A stretch of DNA of 64,000 nucleotides, taken from NCBI GenBank assembly GCA_017443235.1, contig JAFSOV010000007.1:4769-68768 (forward strand), read 5' to 3'. The notes beneath the pieces are model-generated. The model had not been told where the DNA came from. It did no database searches and saw only the letters and a list, made by a program, of their open reading frames with translations. Positions 19,711-29,232 of this stretch are shown piece by piece. The translations under genes and the position numbers were made by a program. The DNA is from Alphaproteobacteria bacterium (GTDB lineage: Bacteria > Pseudomonadota > Alphaproteobacteria > Rs-D84). Numbering within the stretch: position 1 is the first letter of the stretch; the number at the start of each line of letters is the position of its first letter.

Positions 19711-20303
19711 AATGCGCGCCGCCCCCCAAATGCCAAAGACAGTGTGCCGTCATCTATGTAATCCAAATCACCCCCCAACGGTACGCCGGACGCCAATTCT
19801 GTAAATTTAACATTCGCGGTCGCCAGTGTTGATATAATATATTGCTGGGTCGTTTTGCCTTCGACAGTATTTGGCAAAGCAAAAATTATTTCATTTATTT
19901 TTTCATCAATTATGCGTTGCGGTAAATTCCCTATGTTCAAATCCCCGGGCGTAATACCGGCAACACCCGACAACAAACCACCCAAGATATGATACCGACC
20001 ATTAAACACACCGGTTTTTTCCAATGTCCACACGTCCGCCAAATCGCGCACAATGCATAACATTCCATTTGCACGCGCCGCATCACGACAATATTCGCAT
20101 GTGCCATTTGTTCTGTCGGTTAAAACGCCGCAATTTGGGCAAGGATATACATTGTCGCGGCCATCCGTCAACGCATCAATCAATTTATCTATGCGTCCGG
20201 TTTTATCCTGTAATAAACCCAAGACGATACGACGTGCCGCACGGTTTCCAACGCGTGGCAACTTTGCAAATTGTTTAATAAGTTTTTCTATTTTTGCATT
20301 CAT
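19707..20303 (-). CDS. recR: Recombination protein RecR
   Basis: It has a helix-hairpin-helix (LPRVGNRAARRIVL), the Cys4 finger CPNCGVLTDRTNGTCEYC and a Toprim region. I trimmed the start to MNAKIEKL. Confidence 0.93.
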   Translation of the reverse strand: MNAKIEKLIKQFAKLPRVGNRAARRIVLGLLQDKTGRIDKLIDALTDGRDNVYPCPNCGVLTDRTNGTCEYCRDAARANGMLCIVRDLADVWTLEKTGVFNGRYHILGGLLSGVAGITPGDLNIGNLPQRIIDEKINEIIFALPNTVEGKTTQQYIISTLATANVKFTELASGVPLGGDLDYIDDGTLSLAFGGRRAL

Positions 20304-20320
20304 CGGTAATATAATAGCAA

Positions 20321-21433
20321 TCAATGAAACACATAGCAATCAATTCCGGCACCAATTGCACGATTTTTTAATTCGTTCGCCGATGCATCGGTCAGCCCCG
20401 AAACGCGCACACGGTATAATCCTGTGCCCGTTGGTTCAATATATCCATTTACACCAAGTGTGTTTTTAACCCGTACCAACATGGAATTTGCCGCATCGGT
20501 TGATGAAAATGCGCCGAATTGTACGCCAACGCCGCCACGCGCCGCAATCGCCGGTGCATCGGTCGCATATTTTTGCACAATCGGCGATGACACGGGCGCC
20601 GGCTGGGCCACCGCCGTTTGCCTTACCACCGCAGGCGCCCCGGCACGCAATATTTCAAATCCGCGATTCAACATACGAACCGAAACATCTGAACGAACGT
20701 CTTTGTTTTCCGCACCCAACACCACAGATATCAAACGATGACCATTTTGCTGTGCCGTCGCAACCAACGAATATTTCGATTTATTTGTAAAACCGGTCTT
20801 CATACCATCGCAACCCGGATATGTTCCCAATAACCGATTTCCGTTGGTATATGTTTTACCGTTATATGTCCAAGACCGAATTCCAAAATATTTCCAATAC
20901 TGTGGGAAATGTTTATAGACCGCCATAGACAGCAACGCAATATCACGCGCAGTAGAAAGATGGTCATCGTCCGGCAGGCCGGATGAATTTTCAAAATTTG
21001 TCTGTGACAAGCCAATTTCCCGCGCGACACGCGTCATCAGTGACGCAAAACTTCCTTCTTTACCGCCCTTTAGGTTTTCCGCCAAAACCCGGGCCACATC
21101 ATTTGCACTGTGCACCGCGACCGCGATAATCGCGTCTTCAACACGAATTTTTGACCCCGCCGTCAACCCAAGTTTCACCGGTGCCGCCGCCGCCGCATTT
21201 TGTGACACAATTAAATAATCATCCAAATGCAACCGCCCATGTTCCAGCGCATCAAAGGTTAAATAAAGTGTCATTATCTTGGTCAGTGATGCCGGATAAT
21301 TCACGTCCTTGGCATTTTCCGCAATTAGAACGCGGCCCGTATCCATATCTGCAACCAATGCCGCCCGATAATTCGTCGCATGCGCAAACGTGCAGAAAAA
21401 CAGTGCCGGCAAAACAAATAAAAATTTTCTCAT
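20321..21433 (-). CDS. D-alanyl-D-alanine carboxypeptidase (S11, PBP5/6 class) with a C-terminal SPOR domain
   Basis: It carries SxxK (SLTK), SxN (SAN) and KTG (KTGFT) motifs plus a signal peptide. The last 70 aa (GVGVQFGAFSSTDAANSML...GLYRVRVSGLTDASANELKNRAIGAGIDCYVF) are SPOR-like. The ORF track begins at 21466. Confidence 0.88.
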   Translation of the reverse strand: MRKFLFVLPALFFCTFAHATNYRAALVADMDTGRVLIAENAKDVNYPASLTKIMTLYLTFDALEHGRLHLDDYLIVSQNAAAAAPVKLGLTAGSKIRVEDAIIAVAVHSANDVARVLAENLKGGKEGSFASLMTRVAREIGLSQTNFENSSGLPDDDHLSTARDIALLSMAVYKHFPQYWKYFGIRSWTYNGKTYTNGNRLLGTYPGCDGMKTGFTNKSKYSLVATAQQNGHRLISVVLGAENKDVRSDVSVRMLNRGFEILRAGAPAVVRQTAVAQPAPVSSPIVQKYATDAPAIAARGGVGVQFGAFSSTDAANSMLVRVKNTLGVNGYIEPTGTGLYRVRVSGLTDASANELKNRAIGAGIDCYVFH

Positions 21434-21531
21434 TTCCATAAGTTTTATGTTAGTAAAAAATCGCAACGCGGGTCAACACAATTTATACAAAAAGTTGCAA
21501 AGGGGATAATATTTTTTATAATGCGCGTGTT

Positions 21532-22071
21532 ATGATTGTTGAAATAGAAGAATTTTCTTTTCGAAATATTATTCCACAATTTCGTGAGTTTAATTCTGCG
21601 GTGCGTGAAAATCGTGCGCGATTGACGCCGTACTTTTGGTGGGCGGATATAAATTCCATATCCAGATTCAATTTTATACTGTCCGGCGTGTTGACCGAAA
21701 AATTGACCCGCGTTATGCGTGATTTGCCGTATAACAAGAAATTTATAATCCGCGCAGACGGTGAATTTGCCGGCACAATTGGACTGGACGATGCGGCACA
21801 AAACGCATACCGCGCGGAACTCTGGATTTTTGTGACCGCGAAACATGCCGGGGCGCATGTTGCATCCCATTCGATAAAATTGATTGAAGAATACGCGTCA
21901 AAAAAATCTATTCAAAATATCTATGCGCGTACAGACGAACAGAATTGGAATTCGCGGAATATGTTGGCGGCCAATAATTATGAATTGAAACAAACAAAAT
22001 CAAACTTTTGGCGAAATGTGATTGAATTGCGTTGGAATAAAACGATTAAAACAAAAACTGTTGAAAAATAA
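21532..22071 (+). CDS. GNAT-family N-acetyltransferase (RimJ/RimL-like)
   Basis: 179 aa with a pattern typical of RimL-type GNATs: FIIRADGEFAGTIGLD, ELWIFVTAKHAGAHVAS and ARTDEQNWNSRNMLAANNYEL. Confidence 0.7.
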   Translation: MIVEIEEFSFRNIIPQFREFNSAVRENRARLTPYFWWADINSISRFNFILSGVLTEKLTRVMRDLPYNKKFIIRADGEFAGTIGLDDAAQNAYRAELWIFVTAKHAGAHVASHSIKLIEEYASKKSIQNIYARTDEQNWNSRNMLAANNYELKQTKSNFWRNVIELRWNKTIKTKTVEK

Positions 22072-22194
22072 AATTAGGTTGTTAAAATAACCGCGTATAT
22101 TGGTCCCATCGTTCTGGCCGAAACACCCACGCGATGCATCGCGCGGGACCCGGACGCCGGAATGACAACGACGACGGGGCCACGCTTCGCTAGG

Positions 22195-22269
22195 GGTCCC
22201 ATCGTCTAGCGGTCAGGACATCGGATTCTCATTCCGGTAACATGGGTTCGATTCCCATTGGGACTGCCA
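22195..22269 (+). tRNA. tRNA-Glu (anticodon CUC), CCA encoded
   Basis: GGTCCCATCGTCTAGCGGTCAGGACATCGGATTCTCATTCCGGTAACATGGGTTCGATTCCCATTGGGACTGCCA folds by hand into a cloverleaf. It has a Glu-type 3-bp D stem (GTC/GAC), anticodon loop TTCTCAT and T-loop TTCGATT. Confidence 0.88.
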
Positions 22270-22298
22270 TCCGCTTTCGCTTACGCTACAGCGAGATT
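22264..22298 (+). repeat. 35-bp direct repeat, left copy (overlaps the last 6 nt of tRNA-Glu)
   Basis: CTGCCATCCGCTTTCGCTTACGCTACAGCGAGATT is identical to 25531-25565. Confidence 0.9.
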
Positions 22299-22393
22299 GG
22301 TTTTGCAAAAAACAAGCGAAGGTGGAGTGTTAGAGAAACGGATGTCTCGCTGTAATGAACGTAGTGAATGAAAGCGGACCGAATGGATTGAAA

Positions 22394-22633
22394 ATGTATT
22401 ATACTTATATCTTGCAAAGTATAAATTTTCCTAAACATTTTTATGTTGGATATACCCAGGATTTAGAACAGCGTTTAAAACAACACAATCTTGGTAATTC
22501 CATTCATACCAACAAATTTCGGCCTTGGAAATTACGAGGCTGTATTGCATTTGATACCGAAGACAAGGCAAAAAAGTTTGAACAATTTCTAAAAACCGGT
22601 AATGGCAGACTTTTTCAGAAAAAATTTTTCTAG
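22394..22633 (+). CDS. GIY-YIG nuclease-superfamily protein (YhbQ/UPF0213-like, ~80 aa)
   Basis: ORF 22355..22633 with a likely start at MYYTYILQS. The GIY (YTYIL) and YIG-type (FYVGYTQDLEQRLKQHN) blocks are present, followed by PWKL...E...A...E..LK. Confidence 0.82.
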   Translation: MYYTYILQSINFPKHFYVGYTQDLEQRLKQHNLGNSIHTNKFRPWKLRGCIAFDTEDKAKKFEQFLKTGNGRLFQKKFF

Positions 22634-22780
22634 TTATTTATCATTTGAATTTAACCGCTGCAAAAAGGCAGACGGAAGTATGCCGGTCACCCGAAGTTTT
22701 AACGAAGGGTGATTTTGCAAGGTGGCGAAGCATTCCCATTATGTCAATTTTCGAACTCTTTAAGAAAAACGATTGGTTTT

Positions 22781-25411
22781 TTACATTTTATGTTGGTCAT
22801 CTGGTTTGGTGCTGTTTTCTATATCCTGCACCGCACTCATCGCACCAACCACTTTTGTTCCATCTTGCAATGATTGCCACTTCTTTCGTTTTCGACCAGC
22901 CCAAGCTTTATCTATTAGTGCCTGTTTTTTACTTTTATGCACACATCTAGACACCATGGAACCATTTTTCATTTCAAGTATAAAACCTTCGAAATCCGGA
23001 TCGTGTCGAAGTTCGTCCAACAGTTTATTGGTAGTTGATGCATCATTACGTGGGAAATCTTTATCTTTTGCTAAATCATTAGCCGATAACCATTCATCTG
23101 TTTTAGGTGGATAATACTTAAATCCCGCTCTTTCGGCAAGTAATTGTTTTTTACTAACATGTATGCATTTGGTCACCTTACTTCTGGTTTTCATATTAAG
23201 TATAAATCCTTCAAAGTCAGGATCATGTTCAAATTTGTCCAATGCATCATAGATATATCTGATATGACCGCTTGGAAAATCTTTGTCTTTTATCAAATCA
23301 CTAGCCGATAGCCATTCATCTGTTTTAGGTGGGTATGTTCTAAATCCAGCTCTTTTCGCAAACAACAGTTTTTTACTAACATGCAAACACTTGGTAACTA
23401 AGCCACTACATTTCATATCAAGTATAAAACCTTCAAAGTCTGGATCGTATTCAAATTTGTCCAATGCATCATTGATATTTTCACGATTACTGTTGGGAAA
23501 ATCTTTATCTTTTGCCAAATCGTTAGCTGACAGCCATTCATCTGTCTTTAATGGATATGCTATAAATCCCGCTCTTTTTGCAAACAACAATTTTTTACTT
23601 TTGTGTATGCATTTGGTCACAAAGCCACCACTTTTCATATCGCGTATAAATCCTTCAAAGTCCGGATCATGTTGAAGTTCATCCAACGCTTTATTGATAA
23701 TAGGTGGCGTATTACGTGGGAAATCTTTATCTTTTGCTAAATCGTTAGCTGACAGCCATTCATCTGTCTTTAATGGATATGCTATAAATCCCGCTCTTTT
23801 TGCAAACAACAATTTTTTACTTTTGTGTATGCATTTGGTCACAAAGCCACCACTTTTCATATCGCGTATAAATCCCTCAAAGTCAGGATCGTGTTCAAAT
23901 TTATTCAATGCGTTATTGATTATTATCCAATCACTACGTGGGAAATCTTTATCTTTCGACAAATCTTTAACCGACAACCATTCATCTGTTTTTTCGGGAA
24001 TAAATTCGTCTGCTATGCGTTCTTCGGTTCGACGATTCAATTCGATTAGGGTTGCACTATCCGTAATCAAGTCGAAATCCACAAATTCGACATTGCCATG
24101 AGTGCGTGCACCTATGTTAGTTTTATCACGTTGAAAATCCTTGGGGTACAAAACGATATTACCTTCGGCGATATCTTTGAATAATACTTGATGCGAATTT
24201 GATGCCGTGTATAAAATTTCTTCAGGTGCTTCATTTTTTGTAGCACGAAATATAGTATCCAAAACAAATGCAATTTTATCGGGGTTATCTTCATCCAATC
24301 GTATTGCTCGACCGGCGGTCTGTTCCGCTTTGACCCGCGAACGTGTCGGATAATTTATACACAAAGCAACCGTTACATCATCAAACCCCTCGGTTAATGT
24401 CCCCACCTGACATGCGACAGTGTACCTGTTGCCATATTGGAATTCATCTTTTAAACTATTATATTCTTTATCGCCAATTCCTACTTTATGTAAAGATATT
24501 GCGACATCTTGTCCCATAACTTCATTTATTTTGGCTGCCTGTAAATTTGCAATTGCTGCATTTGGACAATTTATTATTGTTTTTAATGTCCTGAACTGTA
24601 TCCCTGTTTCTTTATCAAACCCATCCGCATAAATACGTGCGATTTCCGTTGCCAAAGTTTCTGGGCTGATTTTTGTTGTTATTTTTTCATAATCATAATC
24701 GCCGGTACTTGTTGCAGCCACCGAAGACAAATCGCATACAATACTTGAACGATAAAGGATGTTTTTCACTGGGCTTAGAACACCTCTATCTACAGCTTCT
24801 GGGATATTCATGGAGTATATTTCAGTGTTCAGCATATTCGCAACCGCACGATTTACTTCATATTTAGGTGTAGCGGTAAAACCTATAATTGGCACAAACT
24901 GGTTATAGAAAGTTAATTGTTCGGAAATTTTCGCCCCCAACATATGATGTGCCTCGTCCGCAAAAATCAGGGCAACATCATTAAAATCTACAACCCCAAA
25001 TAATTTTACTAACGAATTATAGGTCGTGATAATAACATCACTATTGATATTCTTTTTCTGTCCGCTGTATTCTGTTGCGGTAATGTTTGCGAATTTTTCT
25101 AGTTTTTTCTGTGTTTGTTCTATCAGTGATAAACGTGGCACAATTATTACAATTTTTTGGTGTTTTTTTGTACCGGTTGCAATAAGCGCATCAAAATAAG
25201 CACGTGCCATACGCGCAAACATAACCGTTTTGCCATAGCCAGTTGGCAATTTAAAATAACTATGTGCTATTTGTTCGTCTGTAAATTTGTCGGACACAAG
25301 TTCACGAAAAACCTCAAGTTTTTGCTTGTCACGCCACGTAGGCCAAGCATCTGCATCGGCTATCTGCCTGGCAAGACCCGTACGTAAAAGTTCCACATCT
25401 GTTGTATCCAT
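22781..25411 (-). CDS. SF2 (ResIII/DEAH-type) helicase with five C-terminal 74-aa tandem repeats
   Basis: 876 aa carrying motif I PTGYGKT, motif II FADEAHH, motif III FTATP and motif VI QTAGRAIR. From aa 474 onward KTDEWLS recurs at 474, 548, 622, 696 and 770. Confidence 0.85.
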   Translation of the reverse strand: MDTTDVELLRTGLARQIADADAWPTWRDKQKLEVFRELVSDKFTDEQIAHSYFKLPTGYGKTVMFARMARAYFDALIATGTKKHQKIVIIVPRLSLIEQTQKKLEKFANITATEYSGQKKNINSDVIITTYNSLVKLFGVVDFNDVALIFADEAHHMLGAKISEQLTFYNQFVPIIGFTATPKYEVNRAVANMLNTEIYSMNIPEAVDRGVLSPVKNILYRSSIVCDLSSVAATSTGDYDYEKITTKISPETLATEIARIYADGFDKETGIQFRTLKTIINCPNAAIANLQAAKINEVMGQDVAISLHKVGIGDKEYNSLKDEFQYGNRYTVACQVGTLTEGFDDVTVALCINYPTRSRVKAEQTAGRAIRLDEDNPDKIAFVLDTIFRATKNEAPEEILYTASNSHQVLFKDIAEGNIVLYPKDFQRDKTNIGARTHGNVEFVDFDLITDSATLIELNRRTEERIADEFIPEKTDEWLSVKDLSKDKDFPRSDWIIINNALNKFEHDPDFEGFIRDMKSGGFVTKCIHKSKKLLFAKRAGFIAYPLKTDEWLSANDLAKDKDFPRNTPPIINKALDELQHDPDFEGFIRDMKSGGFVTKCIHKSKKLLFAKRAGFIAYPLKTDEWLSANDLAKDKDFPNSNRENINDALDKFEYDPDFEGFILDMKCSGLVTKCLHVSKKLLFAKRAGFRTYPPKTDEWLSASDLIKDKDFPSGHIRYIYDALDKFEHDPDFEGFILNMKTRSKVTKCIHVSKKQLLAERAGFKYYPPKTDEWLSANDLAKDKDFPRNDASTTNKLLDELRHDPDFEGFILEMKNGSMVSRCVHKSKKQALIDKAWAGRKRKKWQSLQDGTKVVGAMSAVQDIENSTKPDDQHKM
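22904..23992 (-). repeat. Five in-frame 222-bp tandem repeats inside the helicase gene
   Basis: The period is exactly 222 bp. 23521-23656 and 23743-23878 are identical by eye, and the other copies are diverged. Confidence 0.9.
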
Positions 25412-25530
25412 ATTTAGACCTATCTTACGAATTGCATTGTACCATAAAAATCTAATAAAAACACCTTAATTTTCTTTCCGAACCGCAACAAATCTTTGAT
25501 TTCATCGGTTCGTGAATTGCACAGTATGTC

Positions 25531-25565
25531 CTGCCATCCGCTTTCGCTTACGCTACAGCGAGATT
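25531..25565 (+). repeat. 35-bp direct repeat, right copy
   Basis: CTGCCATCCGCTTTCGCTTACGCTACAGCGAGATT is identical to 22264-22298. Confidence 0.9.
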
Positions 25566-25596
25566 AAGCAGCGCGACCAGTAAATAATTCTGATTT

Positions 25597-25998
25597 TTAT
25601 TGCAGCAACTCTCTCGCTTGATTCAACAGACCAATTGCCAAATCTATTTTTGTTGTATCAAATGGTGATGCGGTCGGTGCGGATTCGGTTTCGTAAATGT
25701 CGGGGCGTGGCGTGCTGTGCGGAATTTCACGCGTTGGCATTTCCATATCAATCGCAGAAAAATCACCATTATGAATCAATTTTTTTACACCGGCGATTGT
25801 CATTCCGCGATTATACAACAAATCTTGGATAGTTTTCAGGCGCGCGATTGTTTCCGGACGATAATAACGTCGCCCGCCGGCGCCGGCGATTGGGCGCACA
25901 ACGGTTGGAAATTGCTTTTCCCAATACCGCAGTGTGTGCGCCGGCAAGCCCATTTCACGCGATACTTCGTTTATTGATGCAAAGTATTCTTTATCCAT
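25597..25998 (-). CDS. MerR-family transcriptional regulator
   Basis: 133 aa with a MerR-type HTH ([22 protein letters not shown]...[21 protein letters not shown]). Its start overlaps the gyrA stop by 8 nt. Confidence 0.85.
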   Translation of the reverse strand: MDKEYFASINEVSREMGLPAHTLRYWEKQFPTVVRPIAGAGGRRYYRPETIARLKTIQDLLYNRGMTIAGVKKLIHNGDFSAIDMEMPTREIPHSTPRPDIYETESAPTASPFDTTKIDLAIGLLNQARELLQ

Positions 25999-28729
25999 TT
26001 GTCACCTGATCCAATGTTTCTTCTTCCGCGTCCGCACCGTCCGATTCAATAGAAATTGCAGACATAACCTTTTCATTTTCCGCCGTACGGAACAGTGTCA
26101 CACCCGCAGTTGAACGGCCCGCAATGCGAATGTCCGATGCCGGTGTGCGAATAATTTTTCCACCATTCGTCACCATAATAACATCGTTATCTGCGTTCAC
26201 CGGGAAAGAACCCGCAACCGCGGTATTTTTACCGCCCAATTTAATGTTGGTAAATCCGCCACCACCACGATGCGTTAAACGATATTCATACGAAGATGTC
26301 CGTTTACCAAATCCGTTTTCAGAAATGGTCAGTATGAATTCTTCTTTCTTCGCCATTTCCGCCATTTTCGCATCGTCCAGAACCAGTGTTGTTGTTTCTT
26401 CTTCGGCATCACCCTCTTCTTCTATACCGGTTGCGGCGCGACGCGCGGCGCGTGACTGTTTCACATATGCCGCACGAACCGACGAGTCAGATTCACCACG
26501 ATTCAACATGGACATTCCAATAATACGGTCGTCTTTGGATAACGTGATTCCGCGCACGCCGGTCGAATTGCGTCCGGCAAAGATACGAATTTCCGGCACA
26601 GGGAATCGTATTGCGCGCCCGCGATATGTTGCCAAGAATACGTCTTGGTTTTCGTTGCACGGCAATACAGAAACCAAACTGTCGCCTTCGTCCAGTTTCA
26701 TTGCAATTTTTCCGTTGGCACGAATTGAATCAAAATCAGACATACGATTACGGCGTACCGTACCCGACGCGGTTACAAACATCAAGAAATGTTCCGTACC
26801 AGAATTTTTGATTGCTGCAACATCTTCTTCGGGAACCGGTAAAATGGCCGTGATTGTTTCGCCCGCCTCTAACGGCAACAGGTTCACCAATGGCCGTCCC
26901 TTGGCCGCGGCCGCCGCCTCGGGCAACTTGTACGTTTTTAATTTATAGCACAAACCACGCGACGAGAAGAAAAGCAACGGCGTATGTGTGTTTGCAACAA
27001 AAACCTGGACCACATAGTCGTCGTCTTTGGTTGTCATTGCATTGCGACCCTTGCCACCGCGTTTTTGCGCGCGATATGTATCCAGTGACACGCGTTTGAT
27101 ATAACCCGTATTTGACACAGTCACGACCATGTCTTCGCGCGCAATCAAATCTTCGATATCAATATCGATTTCCGCATCAGAAATTTCTGTACGACGTGGC
27201 GATGCCCAATTATCACGCACCGCGGTCGTTTCATCACGAATAATTTGAATAATGCGCTCGTGCGATGCCAAAATATCCAACAGGTCGCGAATCTGCGCAC
27301 CCAATTCCACCAAATCCGCGTGTAGTTTATCGCGTTCCAACCCGGTCAATCGATGCAATTGCAATTCCAAAATCGCACGTGCCTGGTCTTCGGACATATA
27401 GAACATTCCGTCTTTGTATTCCGTGTTCGGATCATCAATCAATTTAATATAGTTTTCAATATCAGATGCACGCCAACCACGCGCAATCAACGCGGCGCGG
27501 GCTTCCTCGGGGTTTGCGGATGATTTAATCAGTTCGATAACTTCATCCAAATTACCAACCGCAACAGACAATCCCAACAAAGTGTGCGCACGATTTCGCG
27601 CCTTGTTCAAATCAAAAATTGTTCTGCGGCGAATAACCTCTTCACGGAATTCGATAAACGCATCCAGCACCCCACGCACGTTGAACAGCATTGGCCGCCC
27701 GCGGTTCAACGCCATCATATTTACCGGGAAATTCGTCTGCATTTCCGTGTATTGGAACAGATGATTCAACACAACGTCCGCAATCGCATCGCGCTTTAAT
27801 TCGATAACAATGCGCAGACCTTCCTTGGACGATTCATCACGAATTTCACTGATGCCTTCGATTTTTTTATCTTTGGCAAGTTCGGCGATTTTGATAATCA
27901 TCTGGGCCTTGTTCACCTGGTACGGGATTTCATCGACAATAATCGCCTCGTGATCATGGAATTTTTCGATATGGGTTTTTGCACGAACAATAATCGAACC
28001 ACGACCGGTGGTGTGCGCCTTGTATGCGCCGGCACGACCCATAATGACCGCACCCGTCGGGAAATCCGGTCCCGGAATAATTTGGAACAATTCATCATCG
28101 CTCAGTTCACGATTATCCAACACCGCCAAAATACCATTGCAAATTTCACCAAGGTTATATGTTGGCACATTTGTCGCCATACCAACCGCAATACCCGAAC
28201 CGCCGTTCACCAAGAAATTTGGAAACTTGGTCGGCAACACAACCGGTTCTTGCAGTGTTCCGTCAAAGTTCGGTTGCCAATCAACGGTATCTTTGTCCAT
28301 ATCTTCCATAAGCGATGCGCCCAGTTTGGACAGGCGTGCCTCGGTATAACGCATAGCCGCGGCCTTGTCCCCGTCGCGCGAACCAAAGTTACCCTGGCCT
28401 TGGACCAACATTTCGCCCATAGAAAAATCTTGGCCCATACGAACCATTGCTTCGTAAATAGAACTGTCGCCGTGGGGGTGATATTTACCCATAACATCAC
28501 CGACAATACGCGCAGATTTAACCGTTGGCTTGGTCGCCGGCGCGACATCGTTCATAACGTATAAAATACGGCGATGCACCGGTTTGCAACCGTCGCGCAC
28601 ATCAGGCAACGCACGGTCCACAATAACAGACATCGCATAGTCCAAAAACGATGTCCGCATTTCATGTTCCAACGAAGATTGTGGGACTTTGATTGTATTT
28701 ATTTCGTTTGTGTTTTCGATTTCTGACAT
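25991..28729 (-). CDS. gyrA: DNA gyrase subunit A
   Basis: ORF 25991..28771 contains [12 protein letters not shown], the active-site region [10 protein letters not shown] and a C-terminal beta-pinwheel repeat region. I trimmed the start to MSEIENT by codon arithmetic. My reading of the printed sequence near 28680 disagreed with the ORF track by 1 nt in a T-run, and I followed the track. Confidence 0.95.
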   Translation of the reverse strand: MSEIENTNEINTIKVPQSSLEHEMRTSFLDYAMSVIVDRALPDVRDGCKPVHRRILYVMNDVAPATKPTVKSARIVGDVMGKYHPHGDSSIYEAMVRMGQDFSMGEMLVQGQGNFGSRDGDKAAAMRYTEARLSKLGASLMEDMDKDTVDWQPNFDGTLQEPVVLPTKFPNFLVNGGSGIAVGMATNVPTYNLGEICNGILAVLDNRELSDDELFQIIPGPDFPTGAVIMGRAGAYKAHTTGRGSIIVRAKTHIEKFHDHEAIIVDEIPYQVNKAQMIIKIAELAKDKKIEGISEIRDESSKEGLRIVIELKRDAIADVVLNHLFQYTEMQTNFPVNMMALNRGRPMLFNVRGVLDAFIEFREEVIRRRTIFDLNKARNRAHTLLGLSVAVGNLDEVIELIKSSANPEEARAALIARGWRASDIENYIKLIDDPNTEYKDGMFYMSEDQARAILELQLHRLTGLERDKLHADLVELGAQIRDLLDILASHERIIQIIRDETTAVRDNWASPRRTEISDAEIDIDIEDLIAREDMVVTVSNTGYIKRVSLDTYRAQKRGGKGRNAMTTKDDDYVVQVFVANTHTPLLFFSSRGLCYKLKTYKLPEAAAAAKGRPLVNLLPLEAGETITAILPVPEEDVAAIKNSGTEHFLMFVTASGTVRRNRMSDFDSIRANGKIAMKLDEGDSLVSVLPCNENQDVFLATYRGRAIRFPVPEIRIFAGRNSTGVRGITLSKDDRIIGMSMLNRGESDSSVRAAYVKQSRAARRAATGIEEEGDAEEETTTLVLDDAKMAEMAKKEEFILTISENGFGKRTSSYEYRLTHRGGGGFTNIKLGGKNTAVAGSFPVNADNDVIMVTNGGKIIRTPASDIRIAGRSTAGVTLFRTAENEKVMSAISIESDGADAEEETLDQVTNG

Positions 28730-28885
28730 AACTTCACTTTCCCTTGGTTTATAGCATATAAACGATAGCAAATTTTTGCGCGCACGGTCAAGAAATAAAG
28801 CAATTTTTATGTATTAAATTTCATATTGACAAAAGGTTTTATTTGTAATACGATTAAACCAAGAAAAACAAAAAGGGATAGAAAA

Positions 28886-28996
28886 ATGATAACAGGCGTT
28901 TTTTCTGGGATTTTTTGGAATTTGTTCGCGGCGTTGTTTGTATATCACCTTATATTGTTGGCGTTGCAAAAACTGGGGTTGGTAAAAAGTAAATAA
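28886..28996 (+). CDS. Possible small hydrophobic peptide (36 aa)
   Basis: My translation is MITGVFSGIFWNLFAALFVYHLILLALQKLGLVKSK, preceded by the SD-like aaaagggatag. It is below the ORF-track size cutoff and sits upstream of rpmH. Confidence 0.25.
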   Translation: MITGVFSGIFWNLFAALFVYHLILLALQKLGLVKSK

Positions 28997-29052
28997 AATA
29001 TTTGCTTTTTTATAAAACATATGATTAAATATATGGCACAAAAGGATTTGAA

Positions 29053-29205
29053 ATGGCAACTAAAAGAACTTATCAACCGTCAAAGACACGCCGTATTCGC
29101 ACGCACGGGTTTCGCGCACGTATGGCAACCAAGGGCGGTCGCGACGTTTTGAATCGCCGCAGGGCGACGGGTCGCAAACGCATTGCGGTCACCGCAGCAA
29201 ATTAA
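29053..29205 (+). CDS. rpmH: 50S ribosomal protein L34
   Basis: Not in the ORF track (50 aa). My translation is [50 protein letters not shown], the canonical L34 sequence pattern. The SD aaaggat lies upstream. Confidence 0.95.
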   Translation: MATKRTYQPSKTRRIRTHGFRARMATKGGRDVLNRRRATGRKRIAVTAAN

Positions 29206-29210
29206 AAAAT

Positions 29211-29232
29211 CGCCGCACGGCGGTTTTTTTTT
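29211..29232 (+). terminator. Rho-independent terminator after rpmH
   Basis: Short GC hairpin cgccgcacggcg followed by a run of 9 T. Confidence 0.7.

Larger units (their letters stand above)
22299..25530. mobile_element. Putative inserted cassette (GIY-YIG ORF plus repeat-bearing helicase) between the 35-bp direct repeats
   Basis: It is flanked by perfect direct repeats, lies adjacent to a tRNA, and is visibly AT-richer than its neighbours. No recombinase lies inside. Confidence 0.4.

Noticed and set aside
22645-23675. Plus-strand ORFs (101-130 aa) with repetitive SLADSHSSV... sequences
   Set aside because: They are antisense translations of the helicase tandem repeats, and their repetitiveness simply mirrors the minus-strand coding repeats.
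22904-23992. Regular 222-bp repeats considered as a CRISPR-like or satellite array
   Set aside because: There is no repeat-spacer structure. The repeats are head-to-tail and in frame within the helicase ORF, and they diverge mainly at the protein level, so this is a coding tandem-domain repeat.
25480-25530. Possible decayed tRNA-Glu 3' half preceding the right 35-bp repeat (GGTTCG resemblance to the T-loop)
   Set aside because: When anchored on CTGCCA, the upstream 24 nt do not align with the tRNA T-arm or acceptor strand. Similarity is limited to a hexamer.
26124-26948. 274-aa plus-strand ORF inside gyrA
   Set aside because: It is an antisense shadow ORF of gyrA, Ser/Pro/Arg-rich and low-complexity.
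28772-29052. gyrA/rpmH divergent spacer considered as a replication origin
   Set aside because: I saw no cluster of DnaA-box-like (TTATCCACA-type) sequences by eye, and dnaA/dnaN are not adjacent. The 81-aa ORF 28814..29059 here looks spurious (an AT-rich, Phe/Lys/Gln-rich chance ORF).
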